A stretch of DNA of 64,000 bases from a virus. Every line of letters begins with the position of its first letter. The stretch's first letter is position 1. The stretch is from IMG/VR virus record IMGVR_UViG_3300017963_007659, positions 122,315 through 186,314 of that record. One strand, written 5' to 3'. Below are positions 36,432-46,818 of the stretch, in pieces. Under the pieces are notes generated by a model. It saw only the letters and a list, made by a program, of their open reading frames with translations. It did not search any database and was not told the origin of the DNA. A program made the position numbers and the translations under genes.

Positions 36432-38621
36432 ATGCCTAAAGTAAAACCTACCATTTTAGAGGACCCTACTGCGGTTCCGTCTCTGGACTTGCCAGATCCG
36501 GAAGCAATGGTCCAACAAGCTATAGACGCTGACCTTGACGCTAGCGTCTTTTCCATTGACGAATCGGGTATTGAGTGGTGCCCTAACATTGTTGAATGGG
36601 TCACTGAGCCCAAATTCCTGTCAGCAGAGAACCCTCCCTTCCCAAAGCAGATGCAATGGATGCTTCAGCTTTTCGAGGACTACTGCCCTCATTGTAGTGA
36701 TTACGACTACATACAGGACGTCCCTGCCGGGTCCTCTTTCGATGAGCTGTTGGATAGGGTTCAACCGCTGGAATTCGGCGTATGCCCTAAGTGCAGAAAG
36801 AACAAGCTCCAATTCGAGAAAGAGGGGCTGTTTCACTTCCCGAATGAAGTCAACGTGTGCGCTGGGATGCGCTCTGGTAAAACAGCATGCGCTGGGATGA
36901 TTACCAGCTATCATATTCACAAGTTCTTGCAGCTTCCAACTCCTGCGAAGACCTTTGGTCTCTTGACGGCGAAGCAGACGCTGTATGGCACTTTCACTGC
37001 GACTACTGCGGGTCAAGCTGAGCAAACGCTGTGGAAAGCCTTCAAGGATTTGCAGGACGGCTCCGCTTGGTACCAAGAGTACATCAGCTTCATGGAGGAC
37101 AAAGCAGCTCGTCTCGGTACGGAGCTGTACCGTGAAGGTGATACCTTCGTCTACTTCATCGGGAAGCGCATCTATCTCACCTACGCTCCTGCTGACATGA
37201 AGAAGCTTCGTGGTCGCACGAGGTTGATTGCTGGGGTCGATGAGATTGGCTTCATGGATGACAACCCACAGCGCGTCACGGCGAACGCGGATGAGACATA
37301 CGAAGCTCTAATCAAGTCTCTACGTACTGTTCGCTCAGGAGCGGAAGAGCAGCGGCGTCGTGGGAACTTCAACATTCCAGACGGTCTCATGATCAATATC
37401 TCATCGCCATGCTCCGCTTCGGACAAGATCATGCGTCTGGTGGAAGAGTCCATCAGAGACCCGCGAAGAGTTTGGGATCATGTCTCCACGTGGGAAGCCA
37501 ACCCCACAATCAAAGAAGAAGACCTCGCTTCTGAGAAGCGTGCGAACTACGTCACGTACCTGCGAGACTACGGTGCTATCCCTCCGATGGCGCATAACCC
37601 CTTCATCTCCTCAGAACAGTCAGTCTTGAAGCTCGCGGACAACACCATCGTTGGTCCAGGGACGATGCAGTATGAGACGCAGAAGGATGACACCAGTGAC
37701 GGCTACTACGTTACTGGAAGGCTCGTGAGTTGTATCCGAGATAAGAACACGCCTCGGATTCTCACGATGGACGCGGGAGAGTCCTACTGCTCTTTCTCTG
37801 GTACGCTTTGCCATTACGAGAAGGATGTCGACCGCGCCATCTGTGACCTCATCTTTGAGATCATCCCCCGAGATGATGACCTGACAGGAAAGTGGCCTGT
37901 GCACTTCCCTTCTGTCTACGAGAATATCATCGAACGGTTCTGCGAAGATCTGAAGATCATACACGTAGTTACAGACCGCTGGAATTCGACTCAGATTATC
38001 CAGTCTCTTCGGATGCACACACTCAAGAGGCGTGCTGTAGAGGCTGAGAAGTACACCCTGAAGTGGGCGGACTTCGTGAACTTCCGCGCTCACGTCATGC
38101 AGAGCAACTGGCGTTTCCCCTATCCTGAGATGGAGATTCTGGAGAAACCGAAAGTTGTAGATTCGATTGCTGCTCGACGCCGGAAGAGACTGAATCTTGA
38201 AGATGCTTCAGAGACACAACGTATCGCTGAGGCTCTTAAAGACCTTCCTCTTGGTAATCCTGATGCGCTACAGAAGGTTCCCAACGCACACCTGCTACGT
38301 CAAATTTTGACAGTCAAAGAAGTAGGTAGGAAGGTGTTGAAGCCCTCTAATGACCAAGATGACATTTTCAGGTGTCTCTGCTTGGCTGACCGCTACATCT
38401 TCGCGAACAGAGAGATGTACGAATACTCAGGAACAGCAGGACAAAAGAATCTTCATCAGGGACCAAGTGCTATTGCAACTGTGAAACGTGCAGGCAGTCG
38501 AGGCGTCTACAGTCGGAAGAATTCTGACCGTGTAGTCGTTCGGAATGCTCGTCAAACTAATTCTAGTAGAAGACAAGGCGTCCGAAAAGTCAACAACCCA
38601 AATTTCTTTCCCAACAGGTAG
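36432..38621 (+). CDS. terL: Terminase large subunit
   Basis: CAGMRSGKT Walker A, AGVDEIG Walker B, NISSP coupling motif, ILTMDAG nuclease motif, QDDIFRC. Confidence 0.9.
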   Translation: MPKVKPTILEDPTAVPSLDLPDPEAMVQQAIDADLDASVFSIDESGIEWCPNIVEWVTEPKFLSAENPPFPKQMQWMLQLFEDYCPHCSDYDYIQDVPAGSSFDELLDRVQPLEFGVCPKCRKNKLQFEKEGLFHFPNEVNVCAGMRSGKTACAGMITSYHIHKFLQLPTPAKTFGLLTAKQTLYGTFTATTAGQAEQTLWKAFKDLQDGSAWYQEYISFMEDKAARLGTELYREGDTFVYFIGKRIYLTYAPADMKKLRGRTRLIAGVDEIGFMDDNPQRVTANADETYEALIKSLRTVRSGAEEQRRRGNFNIPDGLMINISSPCSASDKIMRLVEESIRDPRRVWDHVSTWEANPTIKEEDLASEKRANYVTYLRDYGAIPPMAHNPFISSEQSVLKLADNTIVGPGTMQYETQKDDTSDGYYVTGRLVSCIRDKNTPRILTMDAGESYCSFSGTLCHYEKDVDRAICDLIFEIIPRDDDLTGKWPVHFPSVYENIIERFCEDLKIIHVVTDRWNSTQIIQSLRMHTLKRRAVEAEKYTLKWADFVNFRAHVMQSNWRFPYPEMEILEKPKVVDSIAARRRKRLNLEDASETQRIAEALKDLPLGNPDALQKVPNAHLLRQILTVKEVGRKVLKPSNDQDDIFRCLCLADRYIFANREMYEYSGTAGQKNLHQGPSAIATVKRAGSRGVYSRKNSDRVVVRNARQTNSSRRQGVRKVNNPNFFPNR

Positions 38622-38630
38622 GTAAGAGCA

Positions 38631-38993
38631 ATGACGGCTACAAGCTTTGATACCCTCTTTAATCAGGTTGCTGCGGAGCAAGGCGTATCTGCTCTCTACA
38701 AGGGTCATGCGAGAAGCGCACTACGGTACGCAAACTTTGACCTCACCAACATCGATAACACAGAGCTGGCGAAGAAGATCATCTGCACGGCAGTGACCAA
38801 AGCGGCTGAAGCTGACGAAGGTGAGAAGGAAAAGACCGCTTCCACTTTCATGGTACCGATGTCTTTGAACAAAGAGGACCACGACGCTCAATGCCCACGA
38901 TGCAAGAGCGCGACCCCGATGCAAAATATCGAGTTACTTAACAACGTAAAGGCTCGTTATTGTGCTCAGTGTCGGCTGACTGATATCGCGTAA
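38631..38993 (+). CDS. Hypothetical zinc-ribbon protein
   Basis: CPRC...CAQC. Confidence 0.7.
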   Translation: MTATSFDTLFNQVAAEQGVSALYKGHARSALRYANFDLTNIDNTELAKKIICTAVTKAAEADEGEKEKTASTFMVPMSLNKEDHDAQCPRCKSATPMQNIELLNNVKARYCAQCRLTDIA

Positions 38994-39017
38994 ACATTGA
39001 GCTTTAAGTAGGTACCA

Positions 39018-42000
39018 ATGTTCAGTATAGCTAGGTCTCGTCGTCGTGCTCGACAACACAGCGTTCGGACTGCGTCTGCGCAGCCCGGTCCACAGGATGT
39101 AAGACAGGCTTTCTTCCAGCATCTGTCTGACCAGGCAAAACACAAGACGGCTTCCCATTCGAGGACAGCGACGTCTCCTGGTAGGACGTATTACAACCCG
39201 ACGTATGATGACCTGACGCTGGACACTCTCACTTCTCGTTTCATTCCAAACGATTACAGGAAGCAGAACGAGCTTTGGCGGAAAATCTACGTAGAGGATG
39301 CTACGGCAGGACCCGCTGTCGACCTCTACAAGGATATGCCATGGTCTGACTTCGGTCTCCTTGGAGTCAAAGACCCCAAGATTCTCCAAATCTACGAAGA
39401 CTGCCTCGAAGCCATCCAGCTCGAATCGCAGCTTCCTTTCATTTCACTCGATTTTCTCATGTTGGGTCGGTTCATCCCTCACTTCCTCTTCGACTCCTCG
39501 AAGGGGTACTGGTCTCGGATGATTCTCCATGACCCAGACTATATCAAGATCAGCCCCATCCCTATCCCAGGGTTGGCTCCGAAGCTCGACCTCGTGCCTA
39601 CAGACGCGATGAAACAGTTCGCACGGAGCAAGGACCCCAGAGACATCGCGGCTAAGCAGCAGCTCTCTCAGGACCTCTTGGCCTATCTCCTTAAAGGACA
39701 GGAGATTCCTCTCGACCCGCGCAACACCTCCTACATTGCTAGAAGGTCCTCAGCGACGGACTCTGTAGGGACCTCCATCTACACAAGGATCCTCGATATC
39801 ATCGCCTACCAGAAGGGTCTCATTCAAGGGTCTCAGGCTGCTGTGCGTCGTCGCCTTGGAGCAGTACGGACCGTCACGGTAGGAAACGAGGATTGGGAAC
39901 CAACAGTAGGCGAGATCAACGAAGCCGTTGAAGCTCTTCTGGCTGCCGAAGAGGACCCTGTAGGAGCTGTCGTAGGTGTCCGACAGGGTATCGAGTTCAG
40001 TGAAGCTGGTGGTGGTTCGGCTCAGGATATCTTAAAAATCAGTGATGAGTGGCAATTTATCACCGAAGCGAAGATGCAAGCTCTTGGAATCAATGAGTCA
40101 TTTTTGAGTGGTGACGCCACCTATTCATGTCTGACCGGAGACACCCTTGTTCCAACGAAGGAACAGGGGATTGTACGTCTAGACGAGTTGCTCAAAGAAA
40201 AGAACCCAGACGAAAAGACTCCCCGTCCTTTGAGCGTTACAGTAGACTCTCGTTTTGGACTGGCTAGTACAAAAGTTTGGCTCTACAACGGGAAAGCTCC
40301 AACATACCGCATTCTTACAGAAAGTGGTAATGAACTGACAGGTACTCCAACGCATCCCCTGTTGGTACTGCGAGGAGTCGACCTAGACTTCGTAGAGCTG
40401 AGAGATCTTCAAGAAGGAGACCTCCTCTGTATCAGCACAAATAAGGTGGTGAGAGAGACCACATTGGAATTCTCTCTCAGTGATGCCTGTAAGAAGACTG
40501 AGGACTCTTTTGTCACGTGTGCTGAGTGTGGAAAAACATACAAGAGTCTTGGGTCGCATATCCTCGCTCATGGTTTGGATACAAAAGGCTACTTGACGAA
40601 GCATCCTGGAGCATCTCTGACTAGTGCCTCTGCGCGGCAAAATATTGCCAATGGAGCAACCAAAGAGGTCCAGAAGCCACGCGCCATGACGCCAATGCTC
40701 GCCTATGTGTTGGGCAGTCTGACGGCTGAAGGGTGGCGTGATAAGTACTCCTTCTGGTTCTCCAACTCTGATCTCTCTTTCCTGGATAAAGTAGAGGGTT
40801 TTGTCGCTGAGGTGTTCGGGCTGACAGGAACCAGGCACCTTATGCTTGAAGAGGGTACCCCTCAAAGTATCAATGGTGTCGAGACAGTATGCCATAAGAA
40901 CGTCTACGCCACTAAATTTGATAGCCTTCCTGTATGCTGCTGGTTGAATGAACTAGGATTCACGGAGAAGAAGTCTCTCGAAAAAGAGGTTCCGTGGTCT
41001 ATTCTTCAAGCAGACGCGTCTTCTCAGAATGCCTTCTTGGCAGCTTTCTTGGAAGGAGATGGGTCTGTTAGAGAGAACAGAGAGCAGGCTACCTTCCTGA
41101 GTGGAAGTCCAGAACTTCTTCGCGGCATTCAAGCGGTGCTCAATGCGCATGGCTATGCTTCAGCTCGTCGGAATGGTCGACGGCTGACCTTGGACCGTCA
41201 TGATAGCCTTGAACTCTACAAGAATCTCAAGCCGTATGTTCTCACGAAAAGCATCGTGCAGGGAAGGAAGCTAAAGTCTAGGAATCGTTTTGGAATTCCT
41301 ATTGAGCCCTTGCAAGAATTCTTGAAAGCCCGTCAAACAAAGACCAACAGACACGGGAGCTTCTACAAGAATGACTCGGGTGAGGAAGTCTGCATCAGTT
41401 GGCATAAACTAGGGACGCATCCTCTTCGTGATGAGAAGCGCCTGTTGTATGACCGTGATGACCGTGGCGATTACACGAGTCTGCTGACAGCGCTCCACAA
41501 AATTAGCCCAAGTTTCACTGCGAAGTTGAAGGCTCTTTTTGTACTACGATATCGATTCACTCCTGTTACTTCCATTGACGAGGCTGGAGAACACGCTGTG
41601 TACGACCTCTCTATGGAGGACCGAGAGAATCGTTCCTTTGTAGCAAATGGTCTACTTTCCAGTAATACAATGGAGACCCTGTTGTCAGTTTTCCTGGAAA
41701 GGGTACGGGCACACCGGGAGTTCATCACCAGATTCTTCATCGAAGACAAGATCCTTAAGCCAATCGCTGAGATCAACAACTTCCGACGCATCCCCGAGAA
41801 GAAGCTCGCGCACCGCTACCGTATCGCCGACTCGACGACGAACGAAGAGTGGATGATCCCTACGGTTCAGTTCTCCAAGAATCTCCGTCCTGTAGCCGAC
41901 CGTGAGTATCTAGAAATTCTGGAGATGGCGCAAGAGCGCGGTCTCCCTGTCACTCTGAAGACGTGGGCTACCTTTGCGGGGTTCGACCTTCAAGATGAGC

Positions 42001-44117
42001 TGGAGCGTCTTCCGGAAGACTTGGCGCTTCGTCGGTCTCTACGAGAATACCAAGCGGCGACGGACCCAGACTACGCGGACAAGATCCAGAACATCACTCA
42101 AGAGTCTGGTCTGGTTGTGCCCCTGAGAGTTTGGGCCAACTCGATTGGTTTGGATATCGATGAGCTGGCTTTGGCTATGGAAGATGATGTAGCACTGCGG
42201 AGGAAGTTCCGTCAGTGGGCTCTACAAGCATCTCCTGAAATGCCAGATAAGATTCGTGACGCTATAGAGCAGGGCGTCCCCGTTCCAATCGCGGAGGTTT
42301 CCTCTGCCTACGGGTTGAACCTCGACAAGCTTCTTGAAGTCAAGGATGACGATGTTGCTCTCCGTGTAGAGATCAAGAAGTGGCTGACGGCTGTGAGTCC
42401 GGAAGCACGCGACTTCCTGGAGATGGCTCAAGACAAGGGTATCCCTGTCAACCTAGAGATGTGGGCCAAGGTCCTGGGTCTCGACCTCGCACAGCTCCGA
42501 ACAGAAGCGCCTGAAGATATTCAACTCCGTCAAGAGCTGACACCTTGGCGCAATGCCGCTGAAGGTGAATTCGAGGGAGAAGAAGGAGGAGAAGAGGAAG
42601 GCGACTTCGGGGAGCTTCCTGGCTTCGGTGGTGCAGAAGAGGGTGAAGAAGAAGGCGGCATGCCTCCAGAGTTGGGTCTTCCTGAGATTCCGGAAGAGCT
42701 GCCTGGAGAGGGTGAAGAGCCCCATGTTCTGGAAGTCGAGAAAGAAGACCTACCAGAATTGATCGATAAGGTCAAGGAAACGCATCCAGACGCTGAGATC
42801 CCCGAGCTGCCTCCAGAGGTGAAGGATGAGCTGGAAGAAGGGGAAAAGGTTCCTGGAGCTGAGGGAGCTGAGGGAGCTGAGGAAGAGATTCTTGAAGAGG
42901 AGCTGCCTCCTCCGACGCCGAAGAAGCGTCCTGTCCGCAAGCTCACTCCTGAACAAGAGGAGAAGCTCACAAAGTCCATCCGAGACGTTCTGATGGAGGC
43001 GTTGAAGACGCACAAGAAGGCGGCTGATACGGCACAAGCAGCGACGAAGTTCTACAAGAATGGCTACTTCTCTCTCGCTGATACCATCTATAAGAAAGGT
43101 GTCACGGCGACGTCGGAAGATGTTCCTGTAGATCTCGGCTACCTCCTGGATGGAATTCTTCCGGATGATGTCATACCTCCACAGGGATACTTGAAGTCTG
43201 ACGTCTTGGAGTATAAGACGGTCGACATTCCTATGGATGAGTGGCAGAACCTCATTGACAAGCTGAACCAGACGCAGGCTCGCCAGTCTGGTTCGTGGGG
43301 GAAGTCTCTCGCGGAGTTCTTGAGGACCAAGAGTCCCTTCCCGACACATCCGCAGAACGCGCTGACTTGTGTCTCCCGTGTACGCATCTTTGTGTCGCAT
43401 AAAACCAAGTATGTTCGGATAGTTCCTGAGCTGTCCTCTGATAGGCCGGATTTCTACACATGCACGTACTACAATGTTGTGCGGTTGAAGCGTCCGGATG
43501 AGATTGACCCCAAGAAGCTCCTCTTGACGGACCTGGAGCGCTCCTTCCAGATGCAGTTGCTTCTGGCTGATCCTCCGAAAGAAGAGGTCCCTCTTCCGGA
43601 CGTGGTTCCGGTGGAGACTCCTGCTGCTCCTCCGCAGCCTCCTCAAGTGGTCAACATTAACATCCCTGAAGGAACGTCGGAGCAGGTTGTTCAGATCATG
43701 CGCAGCCTTCCCATTTGGAGTCGGGACAAAAAGTTCGTCGACCTCCGTCAGAGAGAAGCCGAAGTCCTCGTCAAAAAGGTGTTGAACGCCAGGGGTATTG
43801 GTCGTCAGGGACGCTATGCCATGCAGATGGGATTGCTCAATCCCAAGAAGAAGCAGCTTGCACAGTACATTCTGGCGAGACTGGGACTCATTAAGGACGT
43901 CTCATTGGAGCCGGATGTTGCTGCTGACATCGTGAACCATCTGACCAAGAGGGTTCCACAGGCTGCAAATCCAGAGCAGGTCAACGAATTGTTCATGATG
44001 GCGTCCATGAAGACTGATGATAATCAGCCGAGACGGGCAGCTCCTGAACAAAACACTCGGAATTGGCCCATGGCTTCCAGCCAACTTTTGACCGGGCACA
44101 TCCCAAAATCCAAATAA
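39018..44117 (+). CDS. Portal protein with intein and long C-terminal extension
   Basis: Lies between terminase and protease; AGPAVDLYKDMPWS, AEEDPVGAVV, ALGINESFLSGDATY portal-like blocks. Confidence 0.8.
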   Translation: MFSIARSRRRARQHSVRTASAQPGPQDVRQAFFQHLSDQAKHKTASHSRTATSPGRTYYNPTYDDLTLDTLTSRFIPNDYRKQNELWRKIYVEDATAGPAVDLYKDMPWSDFGLLGVKDPKILQIYEDCLEAIQLESQLPFISLDFLMLGRFIPHFLFDSSKGYWSRMILHDPDYIKISPIPIPGLAPKLDLVPTDAMKQFARSKDPRDIAAKQQLSQDLLAYLLKGQEIPLDPRNTSYIARRSSATDSVGTSIYTRILDIIAYQKGLIQGSQAAVRRRLGAVRTVTVGNEDWEPTVGEINEAVEALLAAEEDPVGAVVGVRQGIEFSEAGGGSAQDILKISDEWQFITEAKMQALGINESFLSGDATYSCLTGDTLVPTKEQGIVRLDELLKEKNPDEKTPRPLSVTVDSRFGLASTKVWLYNGKAPTYRILTESGNELTGTPTHPLLVLRGVDLDFVELRDLQEGDLLCISTNKVVRETTLEFSLSDACKKTEDSFVTCAECGKTYKSLGSHILAHGLDTKGYLTKHPGASLTSASARQNIANGATKEVQKPRAMTPMLAYVLGSLTAEGWRDKYSFWFSNSDLSFLDKVEGFVAEVFGLTGTRHLMLEEGTPQSINGVETVCHKNVYATKFDSLPVCCWLNELGFTEKKSLEKEVPWSILQADASSQNAFLAAFLEGDGSVRENREQATFLSGSPELLRGIQAVLNAHGYASARRNGRRLTLDRHDSLELYKNLKPYVLTKSIVQGRKLKSRNRFGIPIEPLQEFLKARQTKTNRHGSFYKNDSGEEVCISWHKLGTHPLRDEKRLLYDRDDRGDYTSLLTALHKISPSFTAKLKALFVLRYRFTPVTSIDEAGEHAVYDLSMEDRENRSFVANGLLSSNTMETLLSVFLERVRAHREFITRFFIEDKILKPIAEINNFRRIPEKKLAHRYRIADSTTNEEWMIPTVQFSKNLRPVADREYLEILEMAQERGLPVTLKTWATFAGFDLQDELERLPEDLALRRSLREYQAATDPDYADKIQNITQESGLVVPLRVWANSIGLDIDELALAMEDDVALRRKFRQWALQASPEMPDKIRDAIEQGVPVPIAEVSSAYGLNLDKLLEVKDDDVALRVEIKKWLTAVSPEARDFLEMAQDKGIPVNLEMWAKVLGLDLAQLRTEAPEDIQLRQELTPWRNAAEGEFEGEEGGEEEGDFGELPGFGGAEEGEEEGGMPPELGLPEIPEELPGEGEEPHVLEVEKEDLPELIDKVKETHPDAEIPELPPEVKDELEEGEKVPGAEGAEGAEEEILEEELPPPTPKKRPVRKLTPEQEEKLTKSIRDVLMEALKTHKKAADTAQAATKFYKNGYFSLADTIYKKGVTATSEDVPVDLGYLLDGILPDDVIPPQGYLKSDVLEYKTVDIPMDEWQNLIDKLNQTQARQSGSWGKSLAEFLRTKSPFPTHPQNALTCVSRVRIFVSHKTKYVRIVPELSSDRPDFYTCTYYNVVRLKRPDEIDPKKLLLTDLERSFQMQLLLADPPKEEVPLPDVVPVETPAAPPQPPQVVNINIPEGTSEQVVQIMRSLPIWSRDKKFVDLRQREAEVLVKKVLNARGIGRQGRYAMQMGLLNPKKKQLAQYILARLGLIKDVSLEPDVAADIVNHLTKRVPQAANPEQVNELFMMASMKTDDNQPRRAAPEQNTRNWPMASSQLLTGHIPKSK
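40128..41666 (+). mobile_element. Intein (513 aa) with LAGLIDADG homing endonuclease and C2H2-like insert
   Basis: TYS|CLTGDTLV...LGSLTAEG...FLAAFLEGDGSV...VYDLSM...FVANGLLSSN|TME. Confidence 0.92.
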
Positions 44118-44168
44118 ATAATAAGTACCTTTCAAAACTTAGGTTATATTGACCTAGAGAGGTGCAAA

Positions 44169-44900
44169 ATGCCTATTCTAAAAGTGGGCGAGTCTGAAGC
44201 TGCCTCCAATATTTTTGAGGGGCATGGTCTCGACGTCAGAGCTGACGGCGAAGGGAACACCCGACTTGCGTCTCCGCTTCAGCAACGACCTCTGATCGAC
44301 ATTTCGTGGCTTCCGTTGGCGTCTCCCGCCTACAAGATTAGCCCGCACATCGCGGACTATGTCTTCGTGGAGATCCCGATTGTCACAGCAGATGTACCGA
44401 ACAGAAACCTGGATTGTTTCCCGCTGGCTGAGCTTCTTCGCTTCGACGTGCAGTCCGGTAAGCCTGTGTTTGGAAGCTTCATTGGAAAGCCCACACACGC
44501 AGACCATGACAACAAGGACCCATTGAAGGCGAAAGGTGTTATCTTTGACGCGTACATGACCCCGATGGAGATTCGTGGTCATCGCTATGTAAAGGTAAGG
44601 ATTCTAGCTGGGTGGGACCGGACGAAAGACACTGCTCTCGTCCAGAAGATCCTCAAGCGCGACCGGGTAGCTCATAGCATGGGAGCTTGGGTGGATTACA
44701 CTCAGTGTTCCTACTGTGGAGCGATTGCGAAAAGCGGGCAGATTACATGCCATCCCAAGGGTCAAATCATCGGAGGTATTCTGGTGTATGAGACTTGCGG
44801 AGGGGTGTGTTTCATCGAATCATCTAGTGTCGGCGACCCCGCTGACTTTGACGCTGTGGACAGTGGAGTCAAAAATCCTCCACATTCCGAAGCAGCTTAA
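44169..44900 (+). CDS. Putative prohead protease
   Basis: VPNRNLDCF, KPTHADHDN, HSMG, CSYCG, FIESSSVGDPAD; located after the portal. Confidence 0.65.
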   Translation: MPILKVGESEAASNIFEGHGLDVRADGEGNTRLASPLQQRPLIDISWLPLASPAYKISPHIADYVFVEIPIVTADVPNRNLDCFPLAELLRFDVQSGKPVFGSFIGKPTHADHDNKDPLKAKGVIFDAYMTPMEIRGHRYVKVRILAGWDRTKDTALVQKILKRDRVAHSMGAWVDYTQCSYCGAIAKSGQITCHPKGQIIGGILVYETCGGVCFIESSSVGDPADFDAVDSGVKNPPHSEAA

Positions 44901-44973
44901 ATTTAACTAGGTTACTTGGAAGTGATGTAGGTTAGTTATCTTTGTATAAAGGTGACTATGAAAGGAGTTCACA

Positions 44974-46065
44974 GTGACTGAGACCCGAGCAGCCTTACGA
45001 GAAAAGCGGAAGGAAAGGATGGCTCAGTACGCACAGGAAGATGAGTCAACTCAAGTTGAGGCGAATGCCGATGCTGACGAGACCACCCCTGAGCCCGCCC
45101 CGAAAGAGGCGGTAGCTGAGACGGTGGAAGCGGAAGCCGCTACCGAGACGACTCCTGAACCTGAAGCTACTGAAGTCGACGCTTCTGCGGATTCTCCAGA
45201 GGGCACGACTCCAACAACCGAAGGTGGGCAGTCTTACGAAGAAACCGCACCCGCTCCGGAAACCGAGTCTGCCGGTCAGCAGCTTATCGCTGAGGTAACA
45301 GCATGGGACAATCTCCCGGCTGACGCTTCCGTCGATATGGTGTTGTTCCAATACGACGAGGAAAACCCGAGCTGGTCCGTGTTCGCCGCAGGCCAACCGC
45401 TCGCCGAGGTCCGTCTATCGGATCAACCAAATCCCGCTGACATCCGTGCATTGTTTCTGAGTCAAGGCTATGCCGAAACCGTCAAGAAGGCGTGTGCACA
45501 GGATGGATTGCAGAAGACCCTGGAAGGGATCTCTGCTCGCCCCTACGCCGTTGCCATGGAGCGCTCTGATGTTGTAGCGCAGCTCCGTGAAACGATGGAA
45601 GCCGAGCAAGCCGATTCTCTCCGGGAAAAGCAGGCAGAAGCCGCTCAAGATCTCATGAGCGCGCTTGGTCTCGTCTTGACCGCCATGCAGAAGGGCGTGC
45701 TCGTGAGCAACCCTCTGAAGACCGCTCTGTACGAAGCACTGGCCAACGTAGGTGTGGCAGCTCCCGTACCGACAGTCGAGGCTGTTTTCGACGAAACCGG
45801 TCCCGCTTTCTTCGAGACCGCAATCAATCAAGCTCGCGAGTGGGCGTCCTACAGTCCGGAAGCGTACCATCAGATTGAGGCTTCGGTCAACAAAGCTGAG
45901 AAGTACACTCCGTCTGAGGTCGTCAGTGCACCGAATTCTCCTCAGTTGGCACAGCAGGCAGCATTCCCTGAGTTGCCCGCGAACGTTCCGCTGGAGACGA
46001 AGACGGCTGGTCAGGAAACAATGGATCGAAAAGCCGCGCTGCGACAGCGCTTGGCACTTAAGTAA
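44974..46065 (+). CDS. Putative scaffolding protein
   Basis: Acidic, helical; located between protease and capsid genes. Confidence 0.6.
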   Translation: MTETRAALREKRKERMAQYAQEDESTQVEANADADETTPEPAPKEAVAETVEAEAATETTPEPEATEVDASADSPEGTTPTTEGGQSYEETAPAPETESAGQQLIAEVTAWDNLPADASVDMVLFQYDEENPSWSVFAAGQPLAEVRLSDQPNPADIRALFLSQGYAETVKKACAQDGLQKTLEGISARPYAVAMERSDVVAQLRETMEAEQADSLREKQAEAAQDLMSALGLVLTAMQKGVLVSNPLKTALYEALANVGVAAPVPTVEAVFDETGPAFFETAINQAREWASYSPEAYHQIEASVNKAEKYTPSEVVSAPNSPQLAQQAAFPELPANVPLETKTAGQETMDRKAALRQRLALK

Positions 46066-46080
46066 GGGAAGGAATAAATC

Positions 46081-46818
46081 ATGTACGATCGAAATTTCTC
46101 AGACCTGGAAGCTCCTCGGGAGTTCCCCCTCGCTGCTGGCGCGAACGTCGCAGAAGAGGGCCAGCTCTTTGTTTTTGTGGATGACGGTGCTGGTGGCTCC
46201 GCAGTACAGCCTTCGGCTGGTGCTGCCGGTGAGCGCCTCGCTGGATTCTCGTCCACGGACGCTTTCCTCCACGTAACGCGCTCCCTCGTTGAGGATGCGA
46301 CTGTTCCGGCTGCGGCTCCTTTGACCGTGCAGCTTGAGAACACGAACCTCGTCGGCGCAGCGGGCACGGACATTCGTGTGTGGGACGTCACCCAGGCTAT
46401 CAACCTCGTCTTCAACGTGGCTGTTGGTGTTGGTCAGTTCAACGTGAACTACGCGACTGGCGTTCTCACCTTCAACGCGAACGAGGCTTCGGATGTCTTG
46501 GAGATCACCTACAGGTACAACCTGACGGTAAACGAGGCTCTGACGCGCTACCAGGACGCTGGCGTGCACCGCTATGCCCAGCAGTTCTTTGCGCAGCTCG
46601 CCGTTGTCGGTGGTCACGGGATCATCTACACCAACCAGTACGATGCCGCGCAAGCGTGGGCTATCGGCGACCAGGTTTTCTCTGGTGCGGCTGGTCAGCT
46701 CGTCGGTGCCGGTCCCGGTACGCTGGTTGGAGTCGTTCACGCGACTCCGGAAGTTGGTCAGACTGACTCGGATCGTCCCGGCATGCTGGGCGTTCGCTTC
46801 GAGATTCAGCCCGTCTAA
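46081..46818 (+). CDS. Putative head decoration/minor capsid protein
   Basis: Ala/Gly/Val-rich; YTNQYD..AW..GD motif; upstream of the major capsid gene. Confidence 0.6.
   Translation: MYDRNFSDLEAPREFPLAAGANVAEEGQLFVFVDDGAGGSAVQPSAGAAGERLAGFSSTDAFLHVTRSLVEDATVPAAAPLTVQLENTNLVGAAGTDIRVWDVTQAINLVFNVAVGVGQFNVNYATGVLTFNANEASDVLEITYRYNLTVNEALTRYQDAGVHRYAQQFFAQLAVVGGHGIIYTNQYDAAQAWAIGDQVFSGAAGQLVGAGPGTLVGVVHATPEVGQTDSDRPGMLGVRFEIQPV

Noticed and set aside
42856-42883. GGAGCTGAG x3 tandem and other short in-frame repeats (5513-5542, 14914-14976)
   Set aside because: Ordinary slippage in low-complexity linkers; no sign of regulatory function.
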